From an uncultured Methanosarcinales archaeon (GTDB lineage: Archaea > Nanobdellota > Nanobdellia > Woesearchaeales > GW2011-AR9), in contig CAYFMJ010000013.1 of assembly GCA_964344235.1 (NCBI GenBank), positions 1 to 22,181 on the forward strand: a stretch of 22,181 nt of DNA, in the 5' to 3' direction. Shown in pieces: positions 14,527 to 22,181 of the stretch (position 1 is its first letter; every line of letters starts with the position of its first letter). The notes under the pieces were generated by a model. That model saw nothing but the letters and a program-made list of their open reading frames with translations, was not told where the DNA came from and did not search any database. Made by a program: the position numbers and the translations under genes.

Positions 14527-15786
14527 TTATGACGAAATGCTATTTCTTTGCCTTTCAGCAGCCAACACTTTCTCAATAGCATGAATATAGGCAGTTGTTC
14601 TGAAATCGTATTTGTTTGGATTATATTTCTCCCACAACTGCGTAAACGCTGCAACCATTTTGTCTTTCAGTTTTCGTTTCACTGTTGCTTCATCCCAATA
14701 CTCATCTGTGTTATTCTGCAGCCATTCGAAGTAACTTACAGTCACACCACCAGAATTGGCAAGAATGTCTGGCAGTACCAAAACGTTATTTTTATGCAAG
14801 ATAGGGTCGGCTTCCGGTGTCGTTGGGCCATTGGCTAACTCCAACACAATCTTTGCTTTGATATTTCCGGCATTGGCACCAGTGATAACATTGCCAAGAG
14901 CAGCTGGAATAAGGATGTCAATGTCCAACTCTAGTAGTTCTTCATTACTAATTGCCTTACACGGTCCGTCTTTTGGGATTTCCTCTAACGAACAGACCTC
15001 ACCCAAACAATAACAACCAAGGACACCACCCGCTTTCTTAATGGTTTCAATTTTCTCTGGCACTAAACCATTTTCATTATACACACCACCCTTTGAATCA
15101 CTCGCTGCAACAATCGTGTAGCCAATGTCGTACAAAAATTTGGCCATGACATTTCCAGCATTACCAAAACCCTGGATGGCAACGCGTTTCCCTGCAAGAT
15201 TAACTTTCTTCACTGCTTCTTCTAAGACATACACGCCTCCAAGAGCCGTAGCAATATTCCGAACTTTCGAACCACCAAATTCTAACGGTTTTCCGGTGAT
15301 AACCCCCGGTACGGAATGACCAATTATTTTCTCATACTCTTCCCGCATCCACCGCATGATTTGGGGATTGGTATACATGTCGGGAGCAGGAATATCCTGT
15401 TGCGGGCCAAGAAATTTGTAAAATGCTTGCACATATTTCCTGCTTACTTCTTCGATCTGTTTTGATGATAGTTCTTTAGGATTCACACGAACACCACCTT
15501 TAGCTCCTCCTAAGGGAACATCGGCAACTGCTGTTTTAAGTGTCATCCAAAAGGCGAGAGAAGTAACTTCATCTTCATCAACTTCAGGATGGAAACGAAT
15601 GCCACCCTTAAACGGTCCACGAGCGTTGTTGAATTGTACACGAAACGCAGGGTATTTTTTGCCAGCAATGTCTAGCTCAGCTTTATGCACGTGTTGTGGA
15701 GTCTGTAATAATGTTACCCCTTCCTCTGTCGCGCCAGCAAGAGGAGCTATTTTTTGCAGGAATGCTTTTGCTTTTTCAAACGACAT
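14527..15786 (-). CDS. gdhA: Glu/Leu/Phe/Val dehydrogenase, most likely glutamate dehydrogenase
   Basis: Motifs GPFKGGIRFHP, MT-KTA, GGAKGG, DIPAPDM, GKP---GGS--R, QGFGNAG, ELANGP and ANSGGVTVSYFEWLQN. Confidence 0.93.
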   Translation of the reverse strand: MSFEKAKAFLQKIAPLAGATEEGVTLLQTPQHVHKAELDIAGKKYPAFRVQFNNARGPFKGGIRFHPEVDEDEVTSLAFWMTLKTAVADVPLGGAKGGVRVNPKELSSKQIEEVSRKYVQAFYKFLGPQQDIPAPDMYTNPQIMRWMREEYEKIIGHSVPGVITGKPLEFGGSKVRNIATALGGVYVLEEAVKKVNLAGKRVAIQGFGNAGNVMAKFLYDIGYTIVAASDSKGGVYNENGLVPEKIETIKKAGGVLGCYCLGEVCSLEEIPKDGPCKAISNEELLELDIDILIPAALGNVITGANAGNIKAKIVLELANGPTTPEADPILHKNNVLVLPDILANSGGVTVSYFEWLQNNTDEYWDEATVKRKLKDKMVAAFTQLWEKYNPNKYDFRTTAYIHAIEKVLAAERQRNSISS

Positions 15787-15834
15787 GTTTTTTCATAAGA
15801 GAAGGGATATATAAAGATTTAGTACAGTTGTTCA

Positions 15835-15864
15835 AGAAAAATTTTGAAAAGAAAAATAAAAAAA
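15835..15864 (-). terminator. Oligo-U archaeal-type terminator after the DsbA gene
   Basis: The minus strand reads several T runs (TTTTTTATTTTTCTTTTC...TTTTT) immediately after the stop codon and before the gdh TATA (15808-15815). Confidence 0.5.
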
Positions 15865-17514
15865 TTATTCCACAGTTAACGTTCCAGTCATACCACGCCA
15901 ATCTTCACAACTGCTGCAACTAAACTCAAATGTTCCTACAGTGTCTGCGGTGAACTCCACTGTTGTAGCACCGGAAACTTCCTGCTCAACACCAAACTGT
16001 GGCACTGCAAACGTGAAATCTAACCCAGCCGGTTGTAAGTGTAGTTGGACCGTATCTCCTTGGTTCACAGTCAGATCTTGTGGAGTGAATAACCATTTCT
16101 TTGCCGCAACGTCAAAGGAAACTGTTTCTCCAACTGGTGTTGGTTCGGGTTCTGCAACTGGTTCCTCAACAGGATCTTCAATCGGTGCAAGCTCTTCTTC
16201 TGTAGGAACTTCAACTGGTTCTTCAGTAACACCTGCAGCTGCTAATGCTGCGTCAATCTCAGCAGCGAATACTGCAAATGGTTGTGCACCACTAAGCAAT
16301 TTTCCGTTAATGAGGAAACCAGGCGTACCGGTGACACCAGCAAGACTACCCTGAGCAATATCATCTTGCACATCTGCGAGATATTTTTGTGATTCAAAAC
16401 AGTCAGTAAACTGTGCTTCGTCCATGCCTAGGTCAGTTGCCCATGCAAGGTAATTTTCTGTACTCAAAGCCTGTTGATTTTCAAACAGGGCGTCATGGAA
16501 TTCCCAAAAGACCCCCTGCTCTTGTGCACACGCTGCAGCAAGTGCAGCAGGTTGACCCTCTGGGTGTGACGGCAGTGGGAAGTCTTTGAATACAAGCTTC
16601 GCTTTGCCAGTAGCAAGATAATTCTCTTCAAGTAAAGGCAAAGTCTCTGCAGAGAATTGTGCACAGAACGGACATTGGAAGTCGGAAAATTCAATGATTG
16701 TTACTGGAGCATTTTCATCGCCTTTGAAAGGATCATTCTCAGTTGTTACTTCCGTTACGGGAGCTGGTGTTGGTTCGTCAAAGCTCTCTTCGCTTGTTGG
16801 AGGAAGATCAGCAAGTAAGAATCCCTGTGGGAAGAATAATTCTCCATCTTTTGTTAAATATGAATCAACACTGTCACCTGCAACAGAAAGTGTTATTTTG
16901 AATAAATCGTTTGACTCTTCGGAGCTTAACACTTCAGCAACAAACGGTGGTTGAAGCAGTTGTGTGTTAACAAAGTTAAGAGTTCTTTGTTCTGCTTCCG
17001 TTAGCGATAGAGCTGCGCCACCAGTAATACTTGAGCTCTCATCAAATGTAAAGCCATTAGTAAATACTGAGAAAATTAAAAGAATGATTAAAATTCCCGT
17101 TAATGCTTTCCATGTTCCAGCACTGCTGAATAAGCCAGAGTCAGTCTCTTCATCGTCCCATGGATCTGTTGGAGAAAATGTTTGAACTGGTTTCTTTTCT
17201 GCAGGCTTTGTTGCAGAAGTCATTGGGGTTGGTGCAACCGTTTCTGGTTTCTTTTCAGTTGTTTTAGTCTCAACAGGTTCCGCTTTTTTCTCAACTTTTG
17301 GTTCTGATTTTGTAGTTGACTTTGTTGCTTTCGCTTTAGAAGTTGTCGCTTTCTTTGCAGTTGTTTTTTTCCGCGTTGTTGTTTTTTTCGCAGGTTTTTC
17401 TTTCACTGCTGGAGCTGTTGCTTTTTCAATTTTGATTTCTTCTTGTGCGACGTCATCGATGAACTCTTCGCCGAAGTAGGACTCATCAATTTCGTCTAAT
17501 TGTTTTTGTTCCAT
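15865..17514 (-). CDS. Membrane-anchored DsbA/thioredoxin-fold protein fused to a C-terminal cupredoxin-like domain
   Basis: Low-complexity N-terminus, one TM helix, EFSDFQCPFC, W-FHD-LF and GV-GTP-F, then F-P--LTVNQGDTV...GTFEFSCSSC...MTGTLTVE. Start moved to ATG 17514 (GGGTGA 9 nt upstream; TTTATAAA at 17562-17569). Confidence 0.88.
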   Translation of the reverse strand: MEQKQLDEIDESYFGEEFIDDVAQEEIKIEKATAPAVKEKPAKKTTTRKKTTAKKATTSKAKATKSTTKSEPKVEKKAEPVETKTTEKKPETVAPTPMTSATKPAEKKPVQTFSPTDPWDDEETDSGLFSSAGTWKALTGILIILLIFSVFTNGFTFDESSSITGGAALSLTEAEQRTLNFVNTQLLQPPFVAEVLSSEESNDLFKITLSVAGDSVDSYLTKDGELFFPQGFLLADLPPTSEESFDEPTPAPVTEVTTENDPFKGDENAPVTIIEFSDFQCPFCAQFSAETLPLLEENYLATGKAKLVFKDFPLPSHPEGQPAALAAACAQEQGVFWEFHDALFENQQALSTENYLAWATDLGMDEAQFTDCFESQKYLADVQDDIAQGSLAGVTGTPGFLINGKLLSGAQPFAVFAAEIDAALAAAGVTEEPVEVPTEEELAPIEDPVEEPVAEPEPTPVGETVSFDVAAKKWLFTPQDLTVNQGDTVQLHLQPAGLDFTFAVPQFGVEQEVSGATTVEFTADTVGTFEFSCSSCEDWRGMTGTLTVE

Positions 17515-17606
17515 ATATACCACTCACCCATACTTTTTTCAAGAATTCTGCGTCAAAAATGTTTATAAACTTTTAGGTGGTTAAGAAGATAGTTTTAAAT
17601 GTGAAT

Positions 17607-18305
17607 TTAGCGTTTGTTATGTTTCGATATCCTTACTACTTCACCGTCTTTAAGGTAGACAGTTTTAGTGGAATATTCAATCAAGTGAACATCGTGCGTA
17701 ATGAGAATAATTGTTTTCTTTTTATGTGAATGGAGGTCAGTCAACATACTCATGATTTGTTGGCCTGCTTTTGAGTCTAGGTTACCAGTTGGCTCGTCTG
17801 CTAAGATGATTTCTGGATCGTTAATCAATGCGCGAGCAATCGCAACACGTTGTTGTTGTCCACCAGAAAGCTCTGTTGGTTTGTGGTATAGCCTCTCTCC
17901 AAGACCGACGTCCGTCAGAAGTTTTGTGCCTTTTTTTATTCTCTCTTCCTCGGACATGTCCTGAAAGATAGCAGGAAGTGTAACGTTCTCTAGGGCAGTT
18001 AACGTCGGAATGAGGTTGAATTGTTGGAAGATAAATCCAATCTTTTTTCCTCTCACTTGGGCAAGTTCCGATTCTGTAAAGAGAGAGATGTCACTGTTTT
18101 CAATAGAAACGGTTCCTTTCGTTGGTGTGTCAAGGATACCAACCTGGTTCATCAACGTTGATTTCCCAGAACCAGAAGGGCCGAGAATAGCAACGAACTC
18201 TCCCCGATAAATGTCAAGAGAAACTCCTTTTAGAACATCGAGAGAAATGTCCCCCATATAATAGGTTTTCCAGACGTCTTTGAGTTGGATTAATGGCTTT
18301 ATCAT
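17607..18305 (-). CDS. ABC transporter ATP-binding protein (LolD/MacB family)
   Basis: Walker [45 protein letters not shown]-switch ITHD. Confidence 0.96.
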   Translation of the reverse strand: MIKPLIQLKDVWKTYYMGDISLDVLKGVSLDIYRGEFVAILGPSGSGKSTLMNQVGILDTPTKGTVSIENSDISLFTESELAQVRGKKIGFIFQQFNLIPTLTALENVTLPAIFQDMSEEERIKKGTKLLTDVGLGERLYHKPTELSGGQQQRVAIARALINDPEIILADEPTGNLDSKAGQQIMSMLTDLHSHKKKTIILITHDVHLIEYSTKTVYLKDGEVVRISKHNKR

Positions 18306-18337
18306 TTTGTTTCGTTTATTTTTTTATTATTATAAAT

Positions 18338-19558
18338 TTATTCGTATCGCAAAGCGTCCACTGGTTTCATCTTCGATGCTTGGCGTGCGGGAGCGATTCC
18401 CGAAAGAGCACCAACAATGAACGCAAAAAAAAGGGTGCCGAAGACAACAACAGGGTTGAATTGTACATCGAGGAACGCTGGGCCAACAGCGATAACAAAG
18501 ACGTATTCAACAAGGAATGCTATACCTAAGCCAATGGCAATGCCGATGACTCCCCCCACCAAGCCATAAAAACCAGATTCAACAAGAGAGAGTGCGAGAA
18601 TGTGGTTGTTTTTTGCGCCAAGTGCTTTCATCACGCCTATTTCTTTGGTTCTTTGCAGGACAGAGGTATACATAGTGTTCATAATGCCGACGCCGCCCAC
18701 AAGTAAGGAGATAGCAGCGATGCCTACCAAAACAATATTCACAATATCAAGAATCGTGTTAAACGTCGAAAGGAGTTGCTGTGGTGTTTCAACAGAAAAA
18801 TCCTCTTTACCTTCTTCTACATCGCGAGAGTTGCGTAACTCTTTCTCAATTTTTTCCGCAACTTGGTCTGGATCTTCTCCTGCTTCGGCTTGCGCAACGA
18901 TAAAACCAACTTCATCGCCCGTGCCGAAGATATCGCCATACGTGTCAAATGGAATAGTAACCGACTGATCGTCAGGGGGAGAACCTATTTTGTTCCAAAA
19001 CCCCACAACTTTGAATTCTGTATCCTGCACTAAAATTTTATCACCAACTTCAATAGATTGTCCAAATAACGTTGCGTCTGTGTAAGAAAAACCCAAAACT
19101 GCTTTGAATTTATCACCTTTTTCAATCGCACGCCCTTTCATGATTGTATAACTATTTGATTCCCCCAACAAAGCACGCTGGTCCGGATCGGTGGGCATAC
19201 CGCCAATAGTAAAGTAACGAACGTTGTCGTTAAATTCAATCCTTGCCGTTGAGAAAATCATGGCGGCAGTTTCTTTCACTTCAGAAACCGATTGGATGAC
19301 TTCGACATCGTCCTCCGTTATTTTAACAGCATCCGTTGTCAAACCGGGCGTTAAGGAGTTACCTTTTGCTGTAATAAAGAGTTTGTCATTCCCTAGAGCA
19401 TCAAATTGGGCCGAGATTGCATTTTCTAAACCCTGGCCGAGGGTGATCAATGAGACAACGGCAGAGATGCCAATGATAATTCCAATGAGTGTAAGGAGTG
19501 ATCGGAGTTTTCGTCGTCTGATTTCCTTCCAGGGAATTTCAAAATAGTCTTTAATCAT
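18338..19558 (-). CDS. ABC permease (MacB/FtsX family)
   Basis: Motifs RS-LT-IGIIIGI, a periplasmic-type domain, VGG-GIMNTMYTSVL-RTKEIG-MKALGA, G--PA-QAS---PV-ALR. Confidence 0.94.
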   Translation of the reverse strand: MIKDYFEIPWKEIRRRKLRSLLTLIGIIIGISAVVSLITLGQGLENAISAQFDALGNDKLFITAKGNSLTPGLTTDAVKITEDDVEVIQSVSEVKETAAMIFSTARIEFNDNVRYFTIGGMPTDPDQRALLGESNSYTIMKGRAIEKGDKFKAVLGFSYTDATLFGQSIEVGDKILVQDTEFKVVGFWNKIGSPPDDQSVTIPFDTYGDIFGTGDEVGFIVAQAEAGEDPDQVAEKIEKELRNSRDVEEGKEDFSVETPQQLLSTFNTILDIVNIVLVGIAAISLLVGGVGIMNTMYTSVLQRTKEIGVMKALGAKNNHILALSLVESGFYGLVGGVIGIAIGLGIAFLVEYVFVIAVGPAFLDVQFNPVVVFGTLFFAFIVGALSGIAPARQASKMKPVDALRYE

Positions 19559-19560
19559 GT

Positions 19561-20775
19561 TTATTTCCTCAATGCGTCAACGGGTTTAAGGGATGCAGCT
19601 TGCCTCGCGGGAAAGAGGCCAGAGAGAGCTCCAACAGTAAACGCGAATAATAATGAACCACCTAAAAGAGCGGGAGTAAAGTTAGCTTGGATAAGGGGCG
19701 ACTGGAAGAATTGAAACGCAACAACCTCTACTAGTTTAGCAATACCCATACCTAAGAGAACACCAATGAGTCCCCCAAAAAAACCTAAGAAGCCCGATTC
19801 AATTAAGAAGAGAGTCATGATCCTGCCATTCGTTGCACCAACTGCTTTCATCACACCAATTTCTTTGGTTCTCTCCACAACAGCAGTATACATGGTGTTC
19901 ATAATGCCAATGCCCCCCACGACAAGGGAAATTGCGGCAATACCAACCAAGACACCTTGTACGATGAGGAGGATGTTGTCGAGGATCGCTAACACTTGCC
20001 CAGGTGTTTCTACAGTAAAATCTTCTTTCCCCTCTTCAACGTTTCGTGCTTTACGCATTTCTTTGTTGACACTTTCTGCAACTGCTTCGATGTTCTCACC
20101 GGGTTTCACACGTAGGGGGATAATATCAAGTTCATCACCAATGTCAAGAAGAATCCTGAGAGAGCCTTCGGGGAAGAGTAGTGTGCTATCTTGTTGAGGG
20201 TTACCGGACTTTTTGAGAATGCCTGCAACTTTGAATTCTGTATCTTGAATAAGAAGTTTGTCACGAAGTTCTACTTCCTCTTCAAAGAAGTCTTGAGAAA
20301 AAGTGTAGCCAATAACAACTTCTTTCGCATTATCATTTTCGACAAAAGAACCTTGTCCAATATGGTAGTTGTTGGCTTCAATCACTAACTCCCTTTCAAC
20401 AGTTTCCTTCGGCATCGTTACACCATAGGTGTACTTCTGCTCGTCGTCAAACTCTATTTGAACCACCCGGATGAGTCTGCCGACTGCTATATCGACCCCT
20501 TTAGTCTTCGCAATAACTTTTTCATCGGCTTCTGTTAACGGAACGGGGACAGCAGTACCAGGAGGGCCAAAGCCACCACCCGCTGCTTGTACAACGAGTT
20601 TGTCAGTACCCAAATTACTAAATTGCTGAGAAATTGCTCCTTTGAGTCCCTGTGAAAGAGAGATAAGAGCGACAACTGCAGCAATACCAATGAAAATTCC
20701 CAACATTGTTAGCCAAGAACGAATTTTACGTTGTTTACTATTTCTATATGCAAGAAGAAAATAATCACGAATCAT
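19561..20775 (-). CDS. ABC permease (MacB/FtsX family), paralogue
   Basis: Same motif set as the adjacent permease. ATGA overlap with the upstream gene. Confidence 0.94.
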   Translation of the reverse strand: MIRDYFLLAYRNSKQRKIRSWLTMLGIFIGIAAVVALISLSQGLKGAISQQFSNLGTDKLVVQAAGGGFGPPGTAVPVPLTEADEKVIAKTKGVDIAVGRLIRVVQIEFDDEQKYTYGVTMPKETVERELVIEANNYHIGQGSFVENDNAKEVVIGYTFSQDFFEEEVELRDKLLIQDTEFKVAGILKKSGNPQQDSTLLFPEGSLRILLDIGDELDIIPLRVKPGENIEAVAESVNKEMRKARNVEEGKEDFTVETPGQVLAILDNILLIVQGVLVGIAAISLVVGGIGIMNTMYTAVVERTKEIGVMKAVGATNGRIMTLFLIESGFLGFFGGLIGVLLGMGIAKLVEVVAFQFFQSPLIQANFTPALLGGSLLFAFTVGALSGLFPARQAASLKPVDALRK

Positions 20776-22064
20776 TTTTTGCCGTGATGGCTTGTGTGTT
20801 TTTTCTTTTTACGAAATCTTTGCATGAAGTTGGTAACAAAGGGGATGTAACCTTTCTTCCGATAGAACCAATAGCCACCGCCTCCAACGATGATCAGGAA
20901 GAAGATAAATCCACTGCTACTTGATTCAACAAGTCCGAATTTTTTGAGTTGTGATGAAGAGTAGAGATTCATCTCGAGGTTAAATTGTTGCTGGAATGGT
21001 TTGTTGTTCGCGTCATAGTACTTTAAACGGATTGGGAAGTCTAATGTTTTTGCTTTACGGTTAATGAAGATTTCAATTTCTTCACTTTCAGTATCGTCAG
21101 AATCAACATCACCAATGTAGATATAATCACTGGTTGAGATGAGTTGATAATCTTCTGAGGGAAGTAAGTACACTTCTACAAACTTCACATCGGTCGTTCC
21201 TGCGTTTGCCAATCCTAAAGTTAGCGTTCCTGCGCTATTCTTTTTGAGCACAGAACTTTTTTTGATAAATGGTTTTATACTAGGGGCGTCACCAACACTT
21301 AACGCCAGGGTTTCTTCGATGAGATAGGCATTGCCTTTTTCATCGCTGTACGTTATGTTTACGGGAACTTTGTATAAGCCAGGAGCTGCTTCTGGATCTG
21401 CAATAATGTTAAAGATAAGTGCATTCTGTTGGTTTGAGTCAAGTTGATCGAGGATTTTCTTAGAAGATGATTGGTATGGAGCAAGAGGAAGAGAATCTTT
21501 GCTTAAATCTAAATCAAAATGGATATCCCGCAATAAAGAGTCAGCCAGGTTCTTTACCATAACGCTTACTTCTGACGTGCCACCAGGTGGAATTTGTGCA
21601 GGGGACGAGGTGATGGACGTGATGTCTAAGACTGCGTCTCTCGTTTCAATGTCGATAAGCAGCTCATCATTGATGTACTGAATTACCGTCGTTCCAAGTT
21701 CAATTTCTAATTCTATTTCTGTTTCTCCTTCCACCGCGGCTTCATCAACTTTAATTTTGAATTCAACAATCTCAGCATCCGCCCCTGTTGAAGAGGAACG
21801 GAGTTTACCAATATTTTTTTCTGGAGAAGAACCATAGACTTTAAATGGAAATTGGGGGAGTACCCTCACAATAGCATCTTCGAACGTCTGTTTTCCGTCG
21901 TTTTCAATTTTGAATTTGACTGTAACTACTTCTCCAGGTTCTACTGGGTCGGGGGATTGGGAAGATATAGTTGCGGTTACATCCTGGGGTTTACTCGGGA
22001 TATCTGCTAATGCTAGCGTTACCATAGAAAGTAAGAGAATAGCGAGTAGGATAATGCGTTTCAT
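20772..22064 (-). CDS. COG1361-like S-layer-domain secreted/membrane-anchored protein
   Basis: Signal peptide, repeated beta-sandwich segments (PDPVEPGE, PGLYK-PV-ITY-D), a C-terminal TM helix with a basic tail, and position at the head of the ABC operon. Confidence 0.8.
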   Translation of the reverse strand: MKRIILLAILLLSMVTLALADIPSKPQDVTATISSQSPDPVEPGEVVTVKFKIENDGKQTFEDAIVRVLPQFPFKVYGSSPEKNIGKLRSSSTGADAEIVEFKIKVDEAAVEGETEIELEIELGTTVIQYINDELLIDIETRDAVLDITSITSSPAQIPPGGTSEVSVMVKNLADSLLRDIHFDLDLSKDSLPLAPYQSSSKKILDQLDSNQQNALIFNIIADPEAAPGLYKVPVNITYSDEKGNAYLIEETLALSVGDAPSIKPFIKKSSVLKKNSAGTLTLGLANAGTTDVKFVEVYLLPSEDYQLISTSDYIYIGDVDSDDTESEEIEIFINRKAKTLDFPIRLKYYDANNKPFQQQFNLEMNLYSSSQLKKFGLVESSSSGFIFFLIIVGGGGYWFYRKKGYIPFVTNFMQRFRKKKKHTSHHGKK

Positions 22065-22068
22065 GTAA

Positions 22069-22106
22069 CCACCTTTTGCTTCATTAAGAGAGATGAGGTT
22101 TATAAA
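22069..22106 (-). promoter_or_regulatory. TATA plus Shine-Dalgarno of the S-layer-like/ABC operon
   Basis: TTTATAAA at 22099-22106 and AGGTGG at 22069-22074, 4 nt before ATG 22064. Confidence 0.6.
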
Positions 22107-22123
22107 AGTATTGTATAGGGGAA

Positions 22124-22137
22124 GATACTGTAGTATC
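22124..22137. promoter_or_regulatory. Candidate operator, 6-2-6 inverted repeat
   Basis: GATACT-GT-AGTATC, located 17 nt upstream of the operon TATA. Confidence 0.35.
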
Positions 22138-22181
22138 CCGTTTTAACTACACAGTACATTAACCACTTTGGTGGTTATAAT

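Noticed and set aside
990-21681. Many short track ORFs antisense to or nested in long genes (for example 1503-1904, 5579-5908, 11004-11330, 12744-13160, 15941-16354, 19766-20197)
   Set aside because: They overlap confidently identified genes, show no motifs, and are typical shadow ORFs.
18338-22064. Tandem permease paralogues plus an S-layer-like gene as a novel system
   Set aside because: COG1361 protein, two MacB-like permeases and a LolD-like ATPase form a common archaeal cassette.
11-22153. TGTGTAGT near the start and its reverse complement near the end, as terminal inverted repeats of a mobile element
   Set aside because: Only an 8-nt match, no transposase or integrase, and the cargo is housekeeping genes.

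Overview
This is an archaeal chromosomal window, most likely from a DPANN (Woesearchaeota-like) genome. The evidence is FEN1 with a PIP box, a tRNA-splicing endonuclease, a COG1361/ABC operon and archaeal TATA promoters, mixed with bacterial-type enzymes; the taxonomy is inferred, not proven. Nearly all genes lie on the minus strand: fen1, a conserved hypothetical gene, endA, a 57-aa membrane ORF missed by the track, radC, a sugar-phosphate operon (glycerate-kinase-like, PfkB, fba, rpiB, rpe), PfpI, pyrE-pyrF, a bacterial-type aspS lacking the GAD domain, an orphan gene, glutamate dehydrogenase, a DsbA-cupredoxin fusion and an S-layer-like/ABC cassette. A Ca2+/Na+ antiporter is on the plus strand. 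I saw no rRNA, tRNA, CRISPR array or transposase. The most unusual features are: (1) a PyrE carrying a second, degenerate PRTase core nested in its catalytic-loop position; (2) a hidden out-of-frame PyrE C-terminus; (3) a candidate -1 frameshift gene with an A_AAA_AAG slippery site; (4) a plant/cyanobacterial-type glycerate-3-kinase-like gene heading the sugar-phosphate operon; and (5) a head-to-head junction of two apparently 5'-deficient genes near 13,970. All family calls come from motif recognition by eye, with no database search. The frame disruptions could be assembly artefacts.
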